Source of the DNA: a virus
Length of the DNA: 64,000 bases
Reading direction: 5' to 3' (one strand)
IMG/VR virus record: IMGVR_UViG_3300030419_003648
Location: 1 to 64,000 of that record
Made by a program: the position numbers and the translations under genes
Shown: piece by piece, positions 26,675-36,515 of the stretch
How the letters are laid out: each line of letters begins with the position of its first letter
How positions within the stretch are numbered: the first letter of the stretch is position 1
The notes under the pieces: model-generated
The model's database searches: none
What the model was told of the DNA's origin: nothing
Seen by the model: only the letters and a program-made list of their open reading frames with translations

Positions 26675-27644
26675 TCACGACAGCCGTATACTAATCACAG
26701 GTGGCGACGGCTTTATTGGTTCACACTTAGCTTTATATCTACAAGGGCTTGGCTACAAAAATATTTTTCCATGCCCTAAAACAGCAGAAGCTAACTTAAA
26801 TGTTAGTGCCGCAGTAGGGTATGCTTTCGAGTGGGCAAACCCTGACTGCGTTATTCATTTAGCCTCTAAGAATTCTGGGCTTCATAATAACATTAAATAT
26901 CCTGCTGGAATCATGCACGAAAATCTTGATATGGGATTAAAAGTGTTTGAAGAGTCTAGGCTATACAATGTAAAAAAATTCATTATGGCTGGGGATATGT
27001 CATGTTACTCTCCACAATCACCTGTCCCATTTAAAGAAGAAGACATGTGGATGGGAGAAGCCCATATCTCAAAAAGATTCTACTCACACGCAAAAAGAAT
27101 CTTGATGGAATACAATGGCGCGATGTCGAGTCAGTTTGATTGGTGTGGAATAAATCTAATATTTAGTGATGTTTACGGTGTTGGTAATAAATGGAATCCC
27201 CTTGCCGGAAATATAATTCCAGTAGCGATAAGCCAAGTAGCACTAGCACAAGATGAAGACAGACCTTTAGAGCTTAGTGGAGATAAAAATTTAACTAGAG
27301 ACTTCATACACATAAACGATGTCTGTAGAGCCATAGAGCTTTGTGTTTCAAAACAAGATCAACCTATAGGATTTAATGTTGGCTCAGGTGTAGGAACTAC
27401 CCTAGAACAACTTCATGAAAAAATAGCCTATCTAATGGGATACACAGGAATTACTTGGAGTGAAGGTGAAAGTTATCTACCCAAAAAAGCGGTGCTGTCC
27501 AACAAGTTAATTGATAAAACTCTTGGATGGAAGCCAATCATGGACATAGACAGTGGTCTAAAAGAGTTAGTTTTACATCAAAGAACTCATATGAATGTCG
27601 GAAGATTCACAAGAGATAGCTTGGGTATGAATCATCTAATATGA
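26667..27644 (+). CDS. GDP-L-fucose synthase-like extended SDR
   Basis: ITGGDGFIG, NIKYPA, YSHAK (YxxxK), RDFIHIND. Confidence 0.8.
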   Translation: MVNHDSRILITGGDGFIGSHLALYLQGLGYKNIFPCPKTAEANLNVSAAVGYAFEWANPDCVIHLASKNSGLHNNIKYPAGIMHENLDMGLKVFEESRLYNVKKFIMAGDMSCYSPQSPVPFKEEDMWMGEAHISKRFYSHAKRILMEYNGAMSSQFDWCGINLIFSDVYGVGNKWNPLAGNIIPVAISQVALAQDEDRPLELSGDKNLTRDFIHINDVCRAIELCVSKQDQPIGFNVGSGVGTTLEQLHEKIAYLMGYTGITWSEGESYLPKKAVLSNKLIDKTLGWKPIMDIDSGLKELVLHQRTHMNVGRFTRDSLGMNHLI

Positions 27645-28525
27645 TTACAACAGTAGTAATATCAAAAGATAAGCCAGCACAACTTCACTTGCTGCTAGAA
27701 AGCTTGTACAAATATGGAGGAAATTTATTCGATATCCATGTTTTGTATGAAGCTACCTCTACCATGATAGAAGAAGGCTATTTAAAAACAAAACTTGCTT
27801 TCTACAACAAATCTAAATTTGGCCTAAGCTTTCCAGTACGATGGTACACCAGAAAAAATGATAATCTTTGCGAGGACATCCTAAGTTTATTAGAAGAGCC
27901 TAGATATTTATCGTGCTTGTTCAATGATGAGAACATACTTTTTGACAGGGTGGCATCATATAAAAAGATAAAGGAATTATTTTTAGAGTTTAGTTTGGCA
28001 AGTCTTTCTTTGAGGCTTGGCAACAACACTGTTATACAAAATCCTTACGATGCGCAAAACTATTTTGCAGAACTACCTGAAGAAGGCAGATTTGTAATGG
28101 ATAGATTTTTAGTTTGGAACGCTGCGCAAATTAAACCGTTCACTAATTTTGGTATGCCTATGTCAATAAATGGACATATATATTCTTCTAACCTACTAAA
28201 AAAAGTTTTAGAGCGATCCAGAACTGAAGATAGGGATACATTTGAAACTGATATACAAAAAACCCTATACGTAGGTGATTTTCTAGGGAATATGCCGCCA
28301 TTAATGGCGTGTACAGAATATAGTTGTGTACTAAATAATAGTGCAACAAGAATATCTGATGATGACACTAACGACTTAGGCATATCTGATATAGAGTTAA
28401 ACGAAAGATATATTAACGGCAAAATAATAGACTTTAATTTTTTCGATTTCAGTCATGTATCAAAACCATTTCAAGATTTTATAGTACGTTTTAAGAATGA
28501 AAATTATATGTACAACGGTGGTTAG
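27641..28525 (+). CDS. GT-like protein, paralog of 17795-18631
   Basis: SKDKPAQLHLLLES, SLRLGNNT, FGMPMSINGHIY. Confidence 0.6.
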   Translation: MITTVVISKDKPAQLHLLLESLYKYGGNLFDIHVLYEATSTMIEEGYLKTKLAFYNKSKFGLSFPVRWYTRKNDNLCEDILSLLEEPRYLSCLFNDENILFDRVASYKKIKELFLEFSLASLSLRLGNNTVIQNPYDAQNYFAELPEEGRFVMDRFLVWNAAQIKPFTNFGMPMSINGHIYSSNLLKKVLERSRTEDRDTFETDIQKTLYVGDFLGNMPPLMACTEYSCVLNNSATRISDDDTNDLGISDIELNERYINGKIIDFNFFDFSHVSKPFQDFIVRFKNENYMYNGG

Positions 28526-29417
28526 AGCCGCCAAACAAGGTGATATACATGGAGGTCTTTATGTAATAGATCTCGAAACAGAAGAAGTGATTCATCATGC
28601 TCCTTATGAAAAAGATTTTGTTAATGATAACGAGCGTGGAGGAGAAAGAGGTCTGCGTGGCATTGTTGTTCTTTCTGACCGTATTATCGTTTCTGATTCT
28701 GCTGGTTTTATTGAATTAGATAAATCGACATACGAAATATTACGAACACATCAGGATAGAGACTACTTCAAAAGCATACATGAAATTGCTTTTTATGATA
28801 ATCACATATGGGTTACATCTACAGCTTATGATGCTATCGTCAAAGTAGATCCTAATGATTTCAGCGTGAAAGGTTTTTGGGAAATATTAGGAAGGGACGT
28901 TGAGGACTACAAGGTTTTAACTGGAAAGAAAGAGATTACTCCAGACACTCGGTCTGAAGAAGACAGGTATCACATAAACTCAATATTTGTTTCTGACGAA
29001 AGACTTCTTTTTTCTGGTTTAATAACTCCTCTATATGACTTCAACACTATGGAAAAAGTTTGTGACATTCCAACACTCCAGAATGGAGCGAAAAGTTTTG
29101 TTCATAACTTCTATCAGTACGATGACCTTTACGCTTCAAATCTTACATCGTTTTCTTCTCTTGGATTGTCTGATGGGGAATCTTTTGTTCCTATCGAGAT
29201 ACCAAGAATGAAGAAGGCAAAGTTTCACGTTGACGACATAGCTTCTAATAACTGGAACAGAGGCTTAGCTCGTTATGGAAACAGGTTGGTAATTGGTTCT
29301 TCGCCAGCAAGGATACTGGTTTATAACCTTGAGACTCAGGAATTTGAAAAGGAAATAAAATTAGAACAGGACATCAGACACGCCATACATGGATTGGAAA
29401 TATTAGATGAAGTTTAA
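28497..29417 (+). CDS. probable beta-propeller protein
   Basis: repeated blade-like units: GLRGIVV, IHEIAF, HINSI, WNRGLA, IHGL. Confidence 0.6.
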   Translation: MKIICTTVVRAAKQGDIHGGLYVIDLETEEVIHHAPYEKDFVNDNERGGERGLRGIVVLSDRIIVSDSAGFIELDKSTYEILRTHQDRDYFKSIHEIAFYDNHIWVTSTAYDAIVKVDPNDFSVKGFWEILGRDVEDYKVLTGKKEITPDTRSEEDRYHINSIFVSDERLLFSGLITPLYDFNTMEKVCDIPTLQNGAKSFVHNFYQYDDLYASNLTSFSSLGLSDGESFVPIEIPRMKKAKFHVDDIASNNWNRGLARYGNRLVIGSSPARILVYNLETQEFEKEIKLEQDIRHAIHGLEILDEV

Positions 29418-29595
29418 TGAGCAGCTAGCTCTAAAAAATGGGGCAGAAAAAGTTAAAAATGGCAAGGTTTTCTGGGCTTGGCTATTGCCAGAGAAGGATG
29501 GCTTTCGTAAGATGGTAGCCTACGCCCGAAAAAATGATATTTTTTGGATTCATCCAGAGTACCAAAATGGGCAAAACGATAAGAAGAAAAAGTAA
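29407..29595 (+). CDS. small hypothetical protein
   Basis: 62-aa ORF. Confidence 0.5.
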   Translation: MKFNEQLALKNGAEKVKNGKVFWAWLLPEKDGFRKMVAYARKNDIFWIHPEYQNGQNDKKKK

Positions 29596-29671
29596 GCAAG
29601 ACAAAAAACGCTTAAAAGAACAGCGTAAGGTGCGAAGTAAAAAACGGGACGGTCTGGTTCACCCCAAGTAG
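29567..29671 (+). CDS. very basic 34-aa peptide
   Basis: hand-translated MGKTIRRKSKQDKKRLKEQRKVRSKKRDGLVHPK. Confidence 0.4.
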   Translation: MGKTIRRKSKQDKKRLKEQRKVRSKKRDGLVHPK

Positions 29672-29730
29672 GTCTTACTCAAACAAAACTACACGACTTT
29701 TCAAAAATAAATCAAGCCATTTTCTGAATC

Positions 29731-29881
29731 GTGTATAATACTTTGTTGGGCAATAAAAGAGCCTCCTTGAGAGCGCTAGAGCGACACAAGCTCAACATGC
29801 CTTGTTGCACCAAGCAAAAAGTTTTTAATCGTGTTTTACTGTCCTCTAACATTGTTTGGTAAACAAGTGTCGCTCTTTTTT
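29731..29881 (+). promoter_or_regulatory. GTGTATAAT promoter plus structured leader before nrdA
   Basis: AGAGCGACAC (29778-87) / GTGTCGCTCT (29867-76) plus T run; inner CAACA/TGTTG and ACCAAGCAA/TTGTTTGGT. Confidence 0.55.
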
Positions 29882-29898
29882 GATAACTAGGAAACAAC

Positions 29899-32355
29899 AT
29901 GGCATCAGATATTAAAGTCAAGAAAAGAAACGGTCGTCTTGAAGATATAAACTTAGACAAAATTAATAAATGTGTAGAAAGAGCTTGTGAAAACCTTGAG
30001 GATGTAAATGCAAGCGAAGTTGTTTTAGATGCGAGTCTTCAGCTATATAACAAAATCACGACATCTGAAATAGACTCAGCTCTTGTAATGTCTGCCCGTT
30101 CTAAAATAGAACAAGAGCCAAACTACAATTATGTAGCAGCTAATTTACTCTTGACTTCTCTCTATAAAGAAGTATTTGGAAAGAGTGTAAATGGTGACTT
30201 TGAAGAAGAGTACAGATCTTGCTTTATAAAAAACATCAAAGCGCTAGTAAAAGAAGATAGACTTAGCAAAGAGATGTTATCTTATGACTTGAATATGCTT
30301 AGTGAAAATCTGCGTATTGAAAGAGATAAGAATTTTAAGTACCTTGGAATTCAAACTCTTTATGACAGATACTTCATACACAAAGAAGGTAGGAGGATGG
30401 AAAATCCTCAAGCTTTCTATATGAGAGTTGCGATGGGTCTTTGTTTGAAGGAAGAGAACAAAGAAGAAAGAGCCATCGAAATATACAACATGATGTCTGA
30501 ATTTAGATATTCACCATCAACACCAACGCTGTTTAATAGTGGAACCTGCCATTCGCAATTATCTTCTTGTTATTTAAGTACTGTTGATGACTCGATTGAC
30601 GGGATCTTTGGCACTATACATGGTCAAGCTAGGCTATCCAAATACGCAGGAGGTCTTGGTGTAGACTGGAGTTCTGTGCGTTCTACTGGAGCTTACATCA
30701 AAGGAACAAATGGTCAATCCTCTGGGTTAATTCCTTGGTTAAAGATTTTTAATGATACACTCGTTGGTGTAAATCAAGGCGGTAAACGAAAAGGTGCTGG
30801 CTGTGCCTATCTAGAGGTTTGGCATCTCGATGTAGAAGATTTTCTAGACCTGCGAAAGAATACTGGGGATGACCGTAGAAGATGTCATGACATGAATACC
30901 GCTTTGTGGGTTTGCGATGAATTCATGGTTTCCGCACAAAAAGGAAGAGATTGGTATTTATTTGATCCATCTGAGTGTCCTGACTTACATGAAACATATG
31001 GCAAAAAATTCACAAGGTTATATAACAAATACAAAAAGATGGCGAAAGACGGACAGATTAAAAACTTCCGCGTTATAAACGCCAAAGACCTATGGAAGAA
31101 AATGTTGAAGTCTCTCTATGAGACAGGACATCCGTGGATTACTTTCAAAGACCCTTCTAATATTCGGTACAGCAATAAACATGAAGGTGTAGTCCATTCT
31201 TCCAATCTATGTACAGAAATACTTCTTCATACAAAACCGACAGTGTATGAAGATGGTGAAGTTGTTGAAGTAGGAGAGACTGCTGTTTGCAACTTGGCTT
31301 CTATCAATCTTGAAAACCATGTTAAGGTTCGCAGTATTGACTGGAAGAAATTACAGCAAACAGTAGAGGTGGCAATCAGAGGTTTGGATAATGTGATTGA
31401 TCTCAATTTTTATCCAACTAAAGAAGCGGCCAAGTCTAATCTACGAAATCGTCCTATTGGTTTAGGTATCATGGGTACTCACGGCTTGCTACATAAGCTA
31501 GGGATTGTTTACAATTCCCAAGATGCTGTTGTTCTCTGTGGCAAGATACAAGAATTCATCTCTTATCATGCTATTCTTACTTCTTCTAAGCTAGCGAAGG
31601 AGCGAGGACACTACGAATCTTATGAAGGTTCTGAGTGGAGCTTTGGTAATTTGCCCATCGACACTTATTGTCGGTTGATGAACGAGAGATACCCAGAACA
31701 CTTAAAGAGTGGTAATGATAATCATTACAAACCTTCTGACTTTGAAAAAATGGACTGGAACAAAGTTAGAAGTCATATAGCTGAATATGGAATGAGAAAT
31801 TCAAATGTCATGGCTATCGCTCCTACTGCAACAATTTCTTACATACAAGGATGCTCACAGTCTATTGAGCCTGACTACTCCGTGCTTTTTGTCTATTCAA
31901 CATTAAGCGGAGAGTTCACAATGATTAATGAGCATTTTGTAGAAGTCGCCAAGAAAAATGGAATATGGGGAAAAGACCTCATCGAAGCGCTAAAAGCCGC
32001 CGATGGAGATGTCATGTCCATTAATCTAGACGAAGAAATACAACGAGAATTCAAAACAGCCTTTGATATCGAAGCAAATATATTGATAGACGCTGCGGCT
32101 GAAAGGCAAAAATGGATTGATATGGGAGAGTCCTTCAACCTATACAACAAAGGCACAAGCCTCAAGTACCTCAACGACATGTATATGCACGCTTGGGAGC
32201 AAGGCTTGAAGACTACATATTATTTAAGAAGCAAAGCTGCAACCAGACTTGAGAAGTCTACAGTTGTAGCTAGCAAAGAAGAAGTACCTGAAGAAGATTT
32301 GAGTCAAGTAAAGGCTTGTTCTTTAGAAGATCCAGATTGTGAAAGCTGTCAATGA
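29899..32355 (+). CDS. nrdA: class I ribonucleotide reductase alpha subunit with ATP cone
   Basis: VKKRNG cone, STPTLFNSGT, LSSCYL, SNLCTE, VCNL, APTA, TTYYLR, terminal CESCQ. Confidence 0.96.
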   Translation: MASDIKVKKRNGRLEDINLDKINKCVERACENLEDVNASEVVLDASLQLYNKITTSEIDSALVMSARSKIEQEPNYNYVAANLLLTSLYKEVFGKSVNGDFEEEYRSCFIKNIKALVKEDRLSKEMLSYDLNMLSENLRIERDKNFKYLGIQTLYDRYFIHKEGRRMENPQAFYMRVAMGLCLKEENKEERAIEIYNMMSEFRYSPSTPTLFNSGTCHSQLSSCYLSTVDDSIDGIFGTIHGQARLSKYAGGLGVDWSSVRSTGAYIKGTNGQSSGLIPWLKIFNDTLVGVNQGGKRKGAGCAYLEVWHLDVEDFLDLRKNTGDDRRRCHDMNTALWVCDEFMVSAQKGRDWYLFDPSECPDLHETYGKKFTRLYNKYKKMAKDGQIKNFRVINAKDLWKKMLKSLYETGHPWITFKDPSNIRYSNKHEGVVHSSNLCTEILLHTKPTVYEDGEVVEVGETAVCNLASINLENHVKVRSIDWKKLQQTVEVAIRGLDNVIDLNFYPTKEAAKSNLRNRPIGLGIMGTHGLLHKLGIVYNSQDAVVLCGKIQEFISYHAILTSSKLAKERGHYESYEGSEWSFGNLPIDTYCRLMNERYPEHLKSGNDNHYKPSDFEKMDWNKVRSHIAEYGMRNSNVMAIAPTATISYIQGCSQSIEPDYSVLFVYSTLSGEFTMINEHFVEVAKKNGIWGKDLIEALKAADGDVMSINLDEEIQREFKTAFDIEANILIDAAAERQKWIDMGESFNLYNKGTSLKYLNDMYMHAWEQGLKTTYYLRSKAATRLEKSTVVASKEEVPEEDLSQVKACSLEDPDCESCQ

Positions 32356-32486
32356 GATTTATAGAAATAAAACAATCTAATACATCTCCAATAAGATATT
32401 CTCTAGAGCTAAGACCAGAGGAAGCAGAAAAGGTAAAAGACCTTCTTCAAAAAATTATTGAAAGACTGGAAAATGAAAAAGACTAA
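32352..32486 (+). CDS. small ORF between nrdA and nrdB (44 aa)
   Basis: ATGA overlap with nrdA stop; overlaps nrdB start. Confidence 0.45.
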   Translation: MRFIEIKQSNTSPIRYSLELRPEEAEKVKDLLQKIIERLENEKD

Positions 32487-33480
32487 GGAAATTATTTCGG
32501 ACAAAGTTGCAGTAGTTAATCAAATACTTCCACACACTAATAAATGGGCGTGGGACTTATTCATTGATGGGGCTGCGAATAATTGGATGCCAACAGAAAT
32601 CTCAATGGCAAAAGATATTGAGCAATGGAGATCAGATTCGCTTACTAATGACGAAAAGTTAGTCGTCAAAAGATCTCTTGGGTTTTTTGCAGGTTCAGAA
32701 TCTTTAGTTGCAAACAACCTTCTACTTAGCATTTTCAAATATGTCACTGACCCTGAATGTCGCCAATACATTCTAAGACAAGCATACGAAGAGAGCCTAC
32801 ACAATCTTACAGTAGTCTATTGCTGTGACTCTCTTGGGCTAAAGATAGACGAAGTATATCAAGCCTATAATTCAATCCCTAGTATCAAATCTAAGGATGA
32901 GTTTCTGATGAATATCTGCACAGATATTAATAGGCCAGAATTTAACATCAATACCCTAGAAGGGAAAAGAGAATTTCTTCGCAATATAATTACATACTAT
33001 GTAATCTGCGAAGGTATCTTTTTCTTCTCCGGTTTTGCAATGCTACTTTCTTTTAATAGACAGAATAAGCTACCGGGAATAGGTGAGCAGATCCAATATA
33101 CTTTGCGTGATGAAAGTCTGCATATTAAGTTTGGAACTACACTTATTAATAGAATTAGAGAAGACAACCCTAAAGTGTGGACTAAAGCTTTTGAAAAAGA
33201 AACTTTAGAACATATAGATAAGGCTATGGAGCTTGAACTTGCTTACGCAAGAGATGTTTTACCAAATGGTATCCTTGGGCTTAACTCAGACATGTTTATT
33301 GATTATGTCCAATACATAGCCAATCGTAGACTAGAGGACTTAAATCTTCCAAGCCCTTACGAGGATACCAAAAATCCATTCCCTTGGCTAAGTGAAATAA
33401 TTGACTTAGAAAAGTGTAAGAACTTTTTTGAAACCCGTGTTACTGAATATGCAGTCGGCAACATAGAAGATGACTTTTAA
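32473..33480 (+). CDS. nrdB: ribonucleotide reductase beta subunit, class Ic (Mn/Fe)-type signature
   Basis: WMPTEI, FFAGSESLV, EESLHNLTV, EGIFFFSGF, RDESLH, NFFETRVTEY. Confidence 0.93.
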   Translation: MKKTKEIISDKVAVVNQILPHTNKWAWDLFIDGAANNWMPTEISMAKDIEQWRSDSLTNDEKLVVKRSLGFFAGSESLVANNLLLSIFKYVTDPECRQYILRQAYEESLHNLTVVYCCDSLGLKIDEVYQAYNSIPSIKSKDEFLMNICTDINRPEFNINTLEGKREFLRNIITYYVICEGIFFFSGFAMLLSFNRQNKLPGIGEQIQYTLRDESLHIKFGTTLINRIREDNPKVWTKAFEKETLEHIDKAMELELAYARDVLPNGILGLNSDMFIDYVQYIANRRLEDLNLPSPYEDTKNPFPWLSEIIDLEKCKNFFETRVTEYAVGNIEDDF

Positions 33481-33634
33481 TGCTTAGAAATATAACAATA
33501 GATAACGACATGCTTAAATGGGTTGCCAAAGAACTGAACAAGTATGTTGATCAAGGTGAAAAGATAACCAGAGGAACTTTGTCTAAATTACTTTGGCGTT
33601 ATGAGACAAATGGAAGATTTGAAAAGGAAGAAGA

Positions 33635-34069
33635 ATGATCTGCGGCTATAAACATTTTGAAACTAAGCTGCTATACGAGTCTGCTAAAGCTCCAACTAAA
33701 GGCCATCTTGATGATGCTGGCTGGGACTTATACGCTTTTGAAACAATCTCTATACCTGCTGGAGAGACTGTTCTTGTTTCTACTGGTATTGCTATTGCTA
33801 TTCCTAAAGGTTATGTAGCTTTAATATGGGATAGATCTTCAATGGGTGTGAAGGGTGTACATAGACATGCAGGAGTTATAGACTCCGGTTATAGAGGCGA
33901 AGTAAAAGTTTGTCTGCATAATACGACAAAAGAACCGTATCATATAGAAAGAGACGATAGAATCGCACAAATGTTAATACAAGAAGCCCCAAACTTTAAA
34001 CAACATGTAGTTCAAGAACTAGACTCAACAAACAGGGGCGATGGAGGGTTTGGTTCAACAGGTAAGTAG
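33635..34069 (+). CDS. dut: trimeric dUTPase
   Basis: AGWDL, RSS, GVIDSGYRGE, DRIAQ, RGDGGFGSTG. Confidence 0.96.
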   Translation: MICGYKHFETKLLYESAKAPTKGHLDDAGWDLYAFETISIPAGETVLVSTGIAIAIPKGYVALIWDRSSMGVKGVHRHAGVIDSGYRGEVKVCLHNTTKEPYHIERDDRIAQMLIQEAPNFKQHVVQELDSTNRGDGGFGSTGK

Positions 34070-34070
34070 T

Positions 34071-34757
34071 ATGGCTAGAAAAAAGAACAACGAGTCGGGA
34101 TATACTACTAGACGGAAGGCTTTAAAGCCTAAAACGGAAAACCAAACAGAATATATTGACATCATAAATAATAATGATGTTACTTTTTGTACAGGCCCAG
34201 CAGGTACTGGCAAAACAGCAGTCGCAGTGGGTCTAGCCTGTGACTATCTACTAGATAAAAGAGTAGAAAAAATTGTAGTAACTAGACCTGTAATAGAATC
34301 TGGAAGAGGTTTGGGTTTCTTACCCGGAACCTTTGAAGAAAAGATACACCCATATCTTGTGCCTGTATTAGAAGAGATGCAATACAGACTAAATAGTAAT
34401 AGGGTGCAGTCTTACAGGGAAGAAGGCAAAATAGAAGTTGTCCCTCTTGAATATATGAGAGGGCGAAATTTTCATAATTGCTTTATGATATTAGATGAAG
34501 CTCAGAACGCTACGTTTGAACAGTTAAAGATGTTTATTACGCGGATAGGCTGGGATTCAAAAGCTGTCATAAATGGTGATATTGATCAAACAGACCTTGT
34601 TAAAAAAGACAGAGGTGGTCTTGAAGAATTTCTTGACCGGCTTGAGCTTGTAGAAGGTGTGGGTATTGCAGAATTGACAGAAGATGATATAATTAGAAAT
34701 AAGATTATTTCTAAAATCTTAGACGCTCTTTACGACGACACGGTGAAATACTCCTAA
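34071..34757 (+). CDS. phoH: PhoH-family ATPase
   Basis: GPAGTGKT, TRP, LGFLPG, YMRGRNF, LDEAQN, GDIDQTD. Confidence 0.95.
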   Translation: MARKKNNESGYTTRRKALKPKTENQTEYIDIINNNDVTFCTGPAGTGKTAVAVGLACDYLLDKRVEKIVVTRPVIESGRGLGFLPGTFEEKIHPYLVPVLEEMQYRLNSNRVQSYREEGKIEVVPLEYMRGRNFHNCFMILDEAQNATFEQLKMFITRIGWDSKAVINGDIDQTDLVKKDRGGLEEFLDRLELVEGVGIAELTEDDIIRNKIISKILDALYDDTVKYS

Positions 34758-35110
34758 TGCCAACTTATGACTATCTGTGCAACAAATGCGGTTGTGAATT
34801 TGAACAATTTCATGGGTTCAACCAAACTCCCGAACCATGTGAATGTGGAAGTTCAGATATTAAAATAGTCATTAATCAACCTCCTGCTGCGTTCGTAAAA
34901 GGCGAACCTACAACTCTTGGCCAGCTAGCTGAATCTAACACTAAGAATATGGGTAGGTATGAACTAGAAGATAGAAGGGCTTATCAAAACGAAGGCAAAC
35001 AAAAACCCAAAAAAGATTGGTGGCAAAAATCTGGGTCTGCCAGTAGGGATGATATAAACAAGATGTCAAAGTCTCAAAAGGCTAAGTATATCAAGGACGG
35101 AAAAAAATGA
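34757..35110 (+). CDS. FmdB-family zinc-ribbon protein
   Basis: MPTYDYLCNKCG..FE..CECGS. Confidence 0.8.
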   Translation: MPTYDYLCNKCGCEFEQFHGFNQTPEPCECGSSDIKIVINQPPAAFVKGEPTTLGQLAESNTKNMGRYELEDRRAYQNEGKQKPKKDWWQKSGSASRDDINKMSKSQKAKYIKDGKK

Positions 35111-35400
35111 GCGAAGAGCCTGAAATGATTGATGTCAATGACATGCAAGACCATGTTATTAAATGTTCAGACTGCGGCAAGCCTTTACTGCAAGTTGTTA
35201 AGGTTAGAGACTCGGACAAATTCAATAGAATAATTGTTAATTGCTACTCTAAAAAATGCGGTGGTTCCAGCTTTCTCAAAGAAATCGAAGGTGATTTGTT
35301 TTTTGCTCCAGCCGTCCATGTTTACGAAGTTACTGATATGGACTATGATGAGGATGACAACTTAATGACTATTCAGGTCAGAAAGAAAAAAGGTTCCTAA
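35107..35400 (+). CDS. zinc-finger hypothetical protein
   Basis: CSDCGKPL..CYSKKCGG. Confidence 0.6.
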   Translation: MSEEPEMIDVNDMQDHVIKCSDCGKPLLQVVKVRDSDKFNRIIVNCYSKKCGGSSFLKEIEGDLFFAPAVHVYEVTDMDYDEDDNLMTIQVRKKKGS

Positions 35401-35714
35401 TGGAAGACATTTCAGAATTTATTGGCAATGACGCTAAGAGCCACACATTTTACGATAGCAACGCGCATGTCGTTGATGAAGTAGACAGATCGTGTGCTTA
35501 TATTGTTTCGCAAAAGTCTAAAGAATCGTACTATGTAAAATTCTTTCGTGGGACTTTGTTTGATCCATCAGGCATAGACGCAAACAAAATAAATGCAATC
35601 AATACGGAATTTAAAAAAGTAACCGCTGAAACATTCCATCACTACATCAACTATTTGCAGTCAAAGAAAAACAATTTTTTGAGATGGGCTGAGAGGAGTA
35701 ATATTGATGTCTAA
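35400..35714 (+). CDS. hypothetical protein
   Basis: 104-aa ORF, TAATG coupling. Confidence 0.65.
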   Translation: MEDISEFIGNDAKSHTFYDSNAHVVDEVDRSCAYIVSQKSKESYYVKFFRGTLFDPSGIDANKINAINTEFKKVTAETFHHYINYLQSKKNNFLRWAERSNIDV

Positions 35715-36033
35715 AAAAACCGGAAAACTAACCAAAGTAGAGAAATTCTACATCGACAATAACTCGGACAAAACAGTTGAAGAAATCGCTTCTGATTTGA
35801 ACCGTACTGCAAACGCAGTAAAAAAACATATAGAAAAGACCACAGGTCATGTTGACTCTGCACAAGATGAAAAAGCAGACATCAGCGACTTGTTTGGTCA
35901 CAAAGAGGGCAGAGGTGTCACTGTCATGACTCAGGCCGCATCTGAAGTTGCGGATGATTCTCGAAAAGGCAGAATTAATGTCTCTAAAAAACACCAACAA
36001 GCAATACACATCATAAACCCAGATAAAAAGTAA
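35707..36033 (+). CDS. hypothetical protein with N-terminal HTH
   Basis: TVEEIASDLNRTANAVKKH; GAGGAG RBS. Confidence 0.65.
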   Translation: MSKKTGKLTKVEKFYIDNNSDKTVEEIASDLNRTANAVKKHIEKTTGHVDSAQDEKADISDLFGHKEGRGVTVMTQAASEVADDSRKGRINVSKKHQQAIHIINPDKK

Positions 36034-36515
36034 TGACGGTATTTGTATCAAAGGAATATGATTCGTATGTAAATATATACGCTGATAACAATCCGATTTG
36101 GATTGCTACGCTTTCTAATGGTGATACAGTCTATCAAGACGATGGAAGACCAGAAGTAGAACCGGAAAGCGCTTGGGCTAGATTAAAAATTTACTGCGAA
36201 GAAAACAGTCTTCATATAACAAACATTAAAGTTAAAAATAGGTCACATTTAGAAGACGTTGGTTCAGACTATGATGGCTATTTTTTCTGCAAGGGTGTAG
36301 GCGCTGTGATGTTTGGTGATTTCACCTTACACACTTTTAACATTGGAATTATTGAAAATGGAAAACTCAGGGTTAGAACTTGGAGACTCCCTGAACTTAT
36401 TCCAGAAAGATTTGAAGATAGAGAGCTAGAAGGTTCTCATGAATTTATTATTGCCAAAGAGGGTGTTTTAGATGGACAAAAATTACAAGCATCAGACGAC
36501 GGGTCAAGAATGTAA
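36033..36515 (+). CDS. hypothetical protein
   Basis: 160-aa ORF. Confidence 0.65.
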   Translation: MTVFVSKEYDSYVNIYADNNPIWIATLSNGDTVYQDDGRPEVEPESAWARLKIYCEENSLHITNIKVKNRSHLEDVGSDYDGYFFCKGVGAVMFGDFTLHTFNIGIIENGKLRVRTWRLPELIPERFEDRELEGSHEFIIAKEGVLDGQKLQASDDGSRM

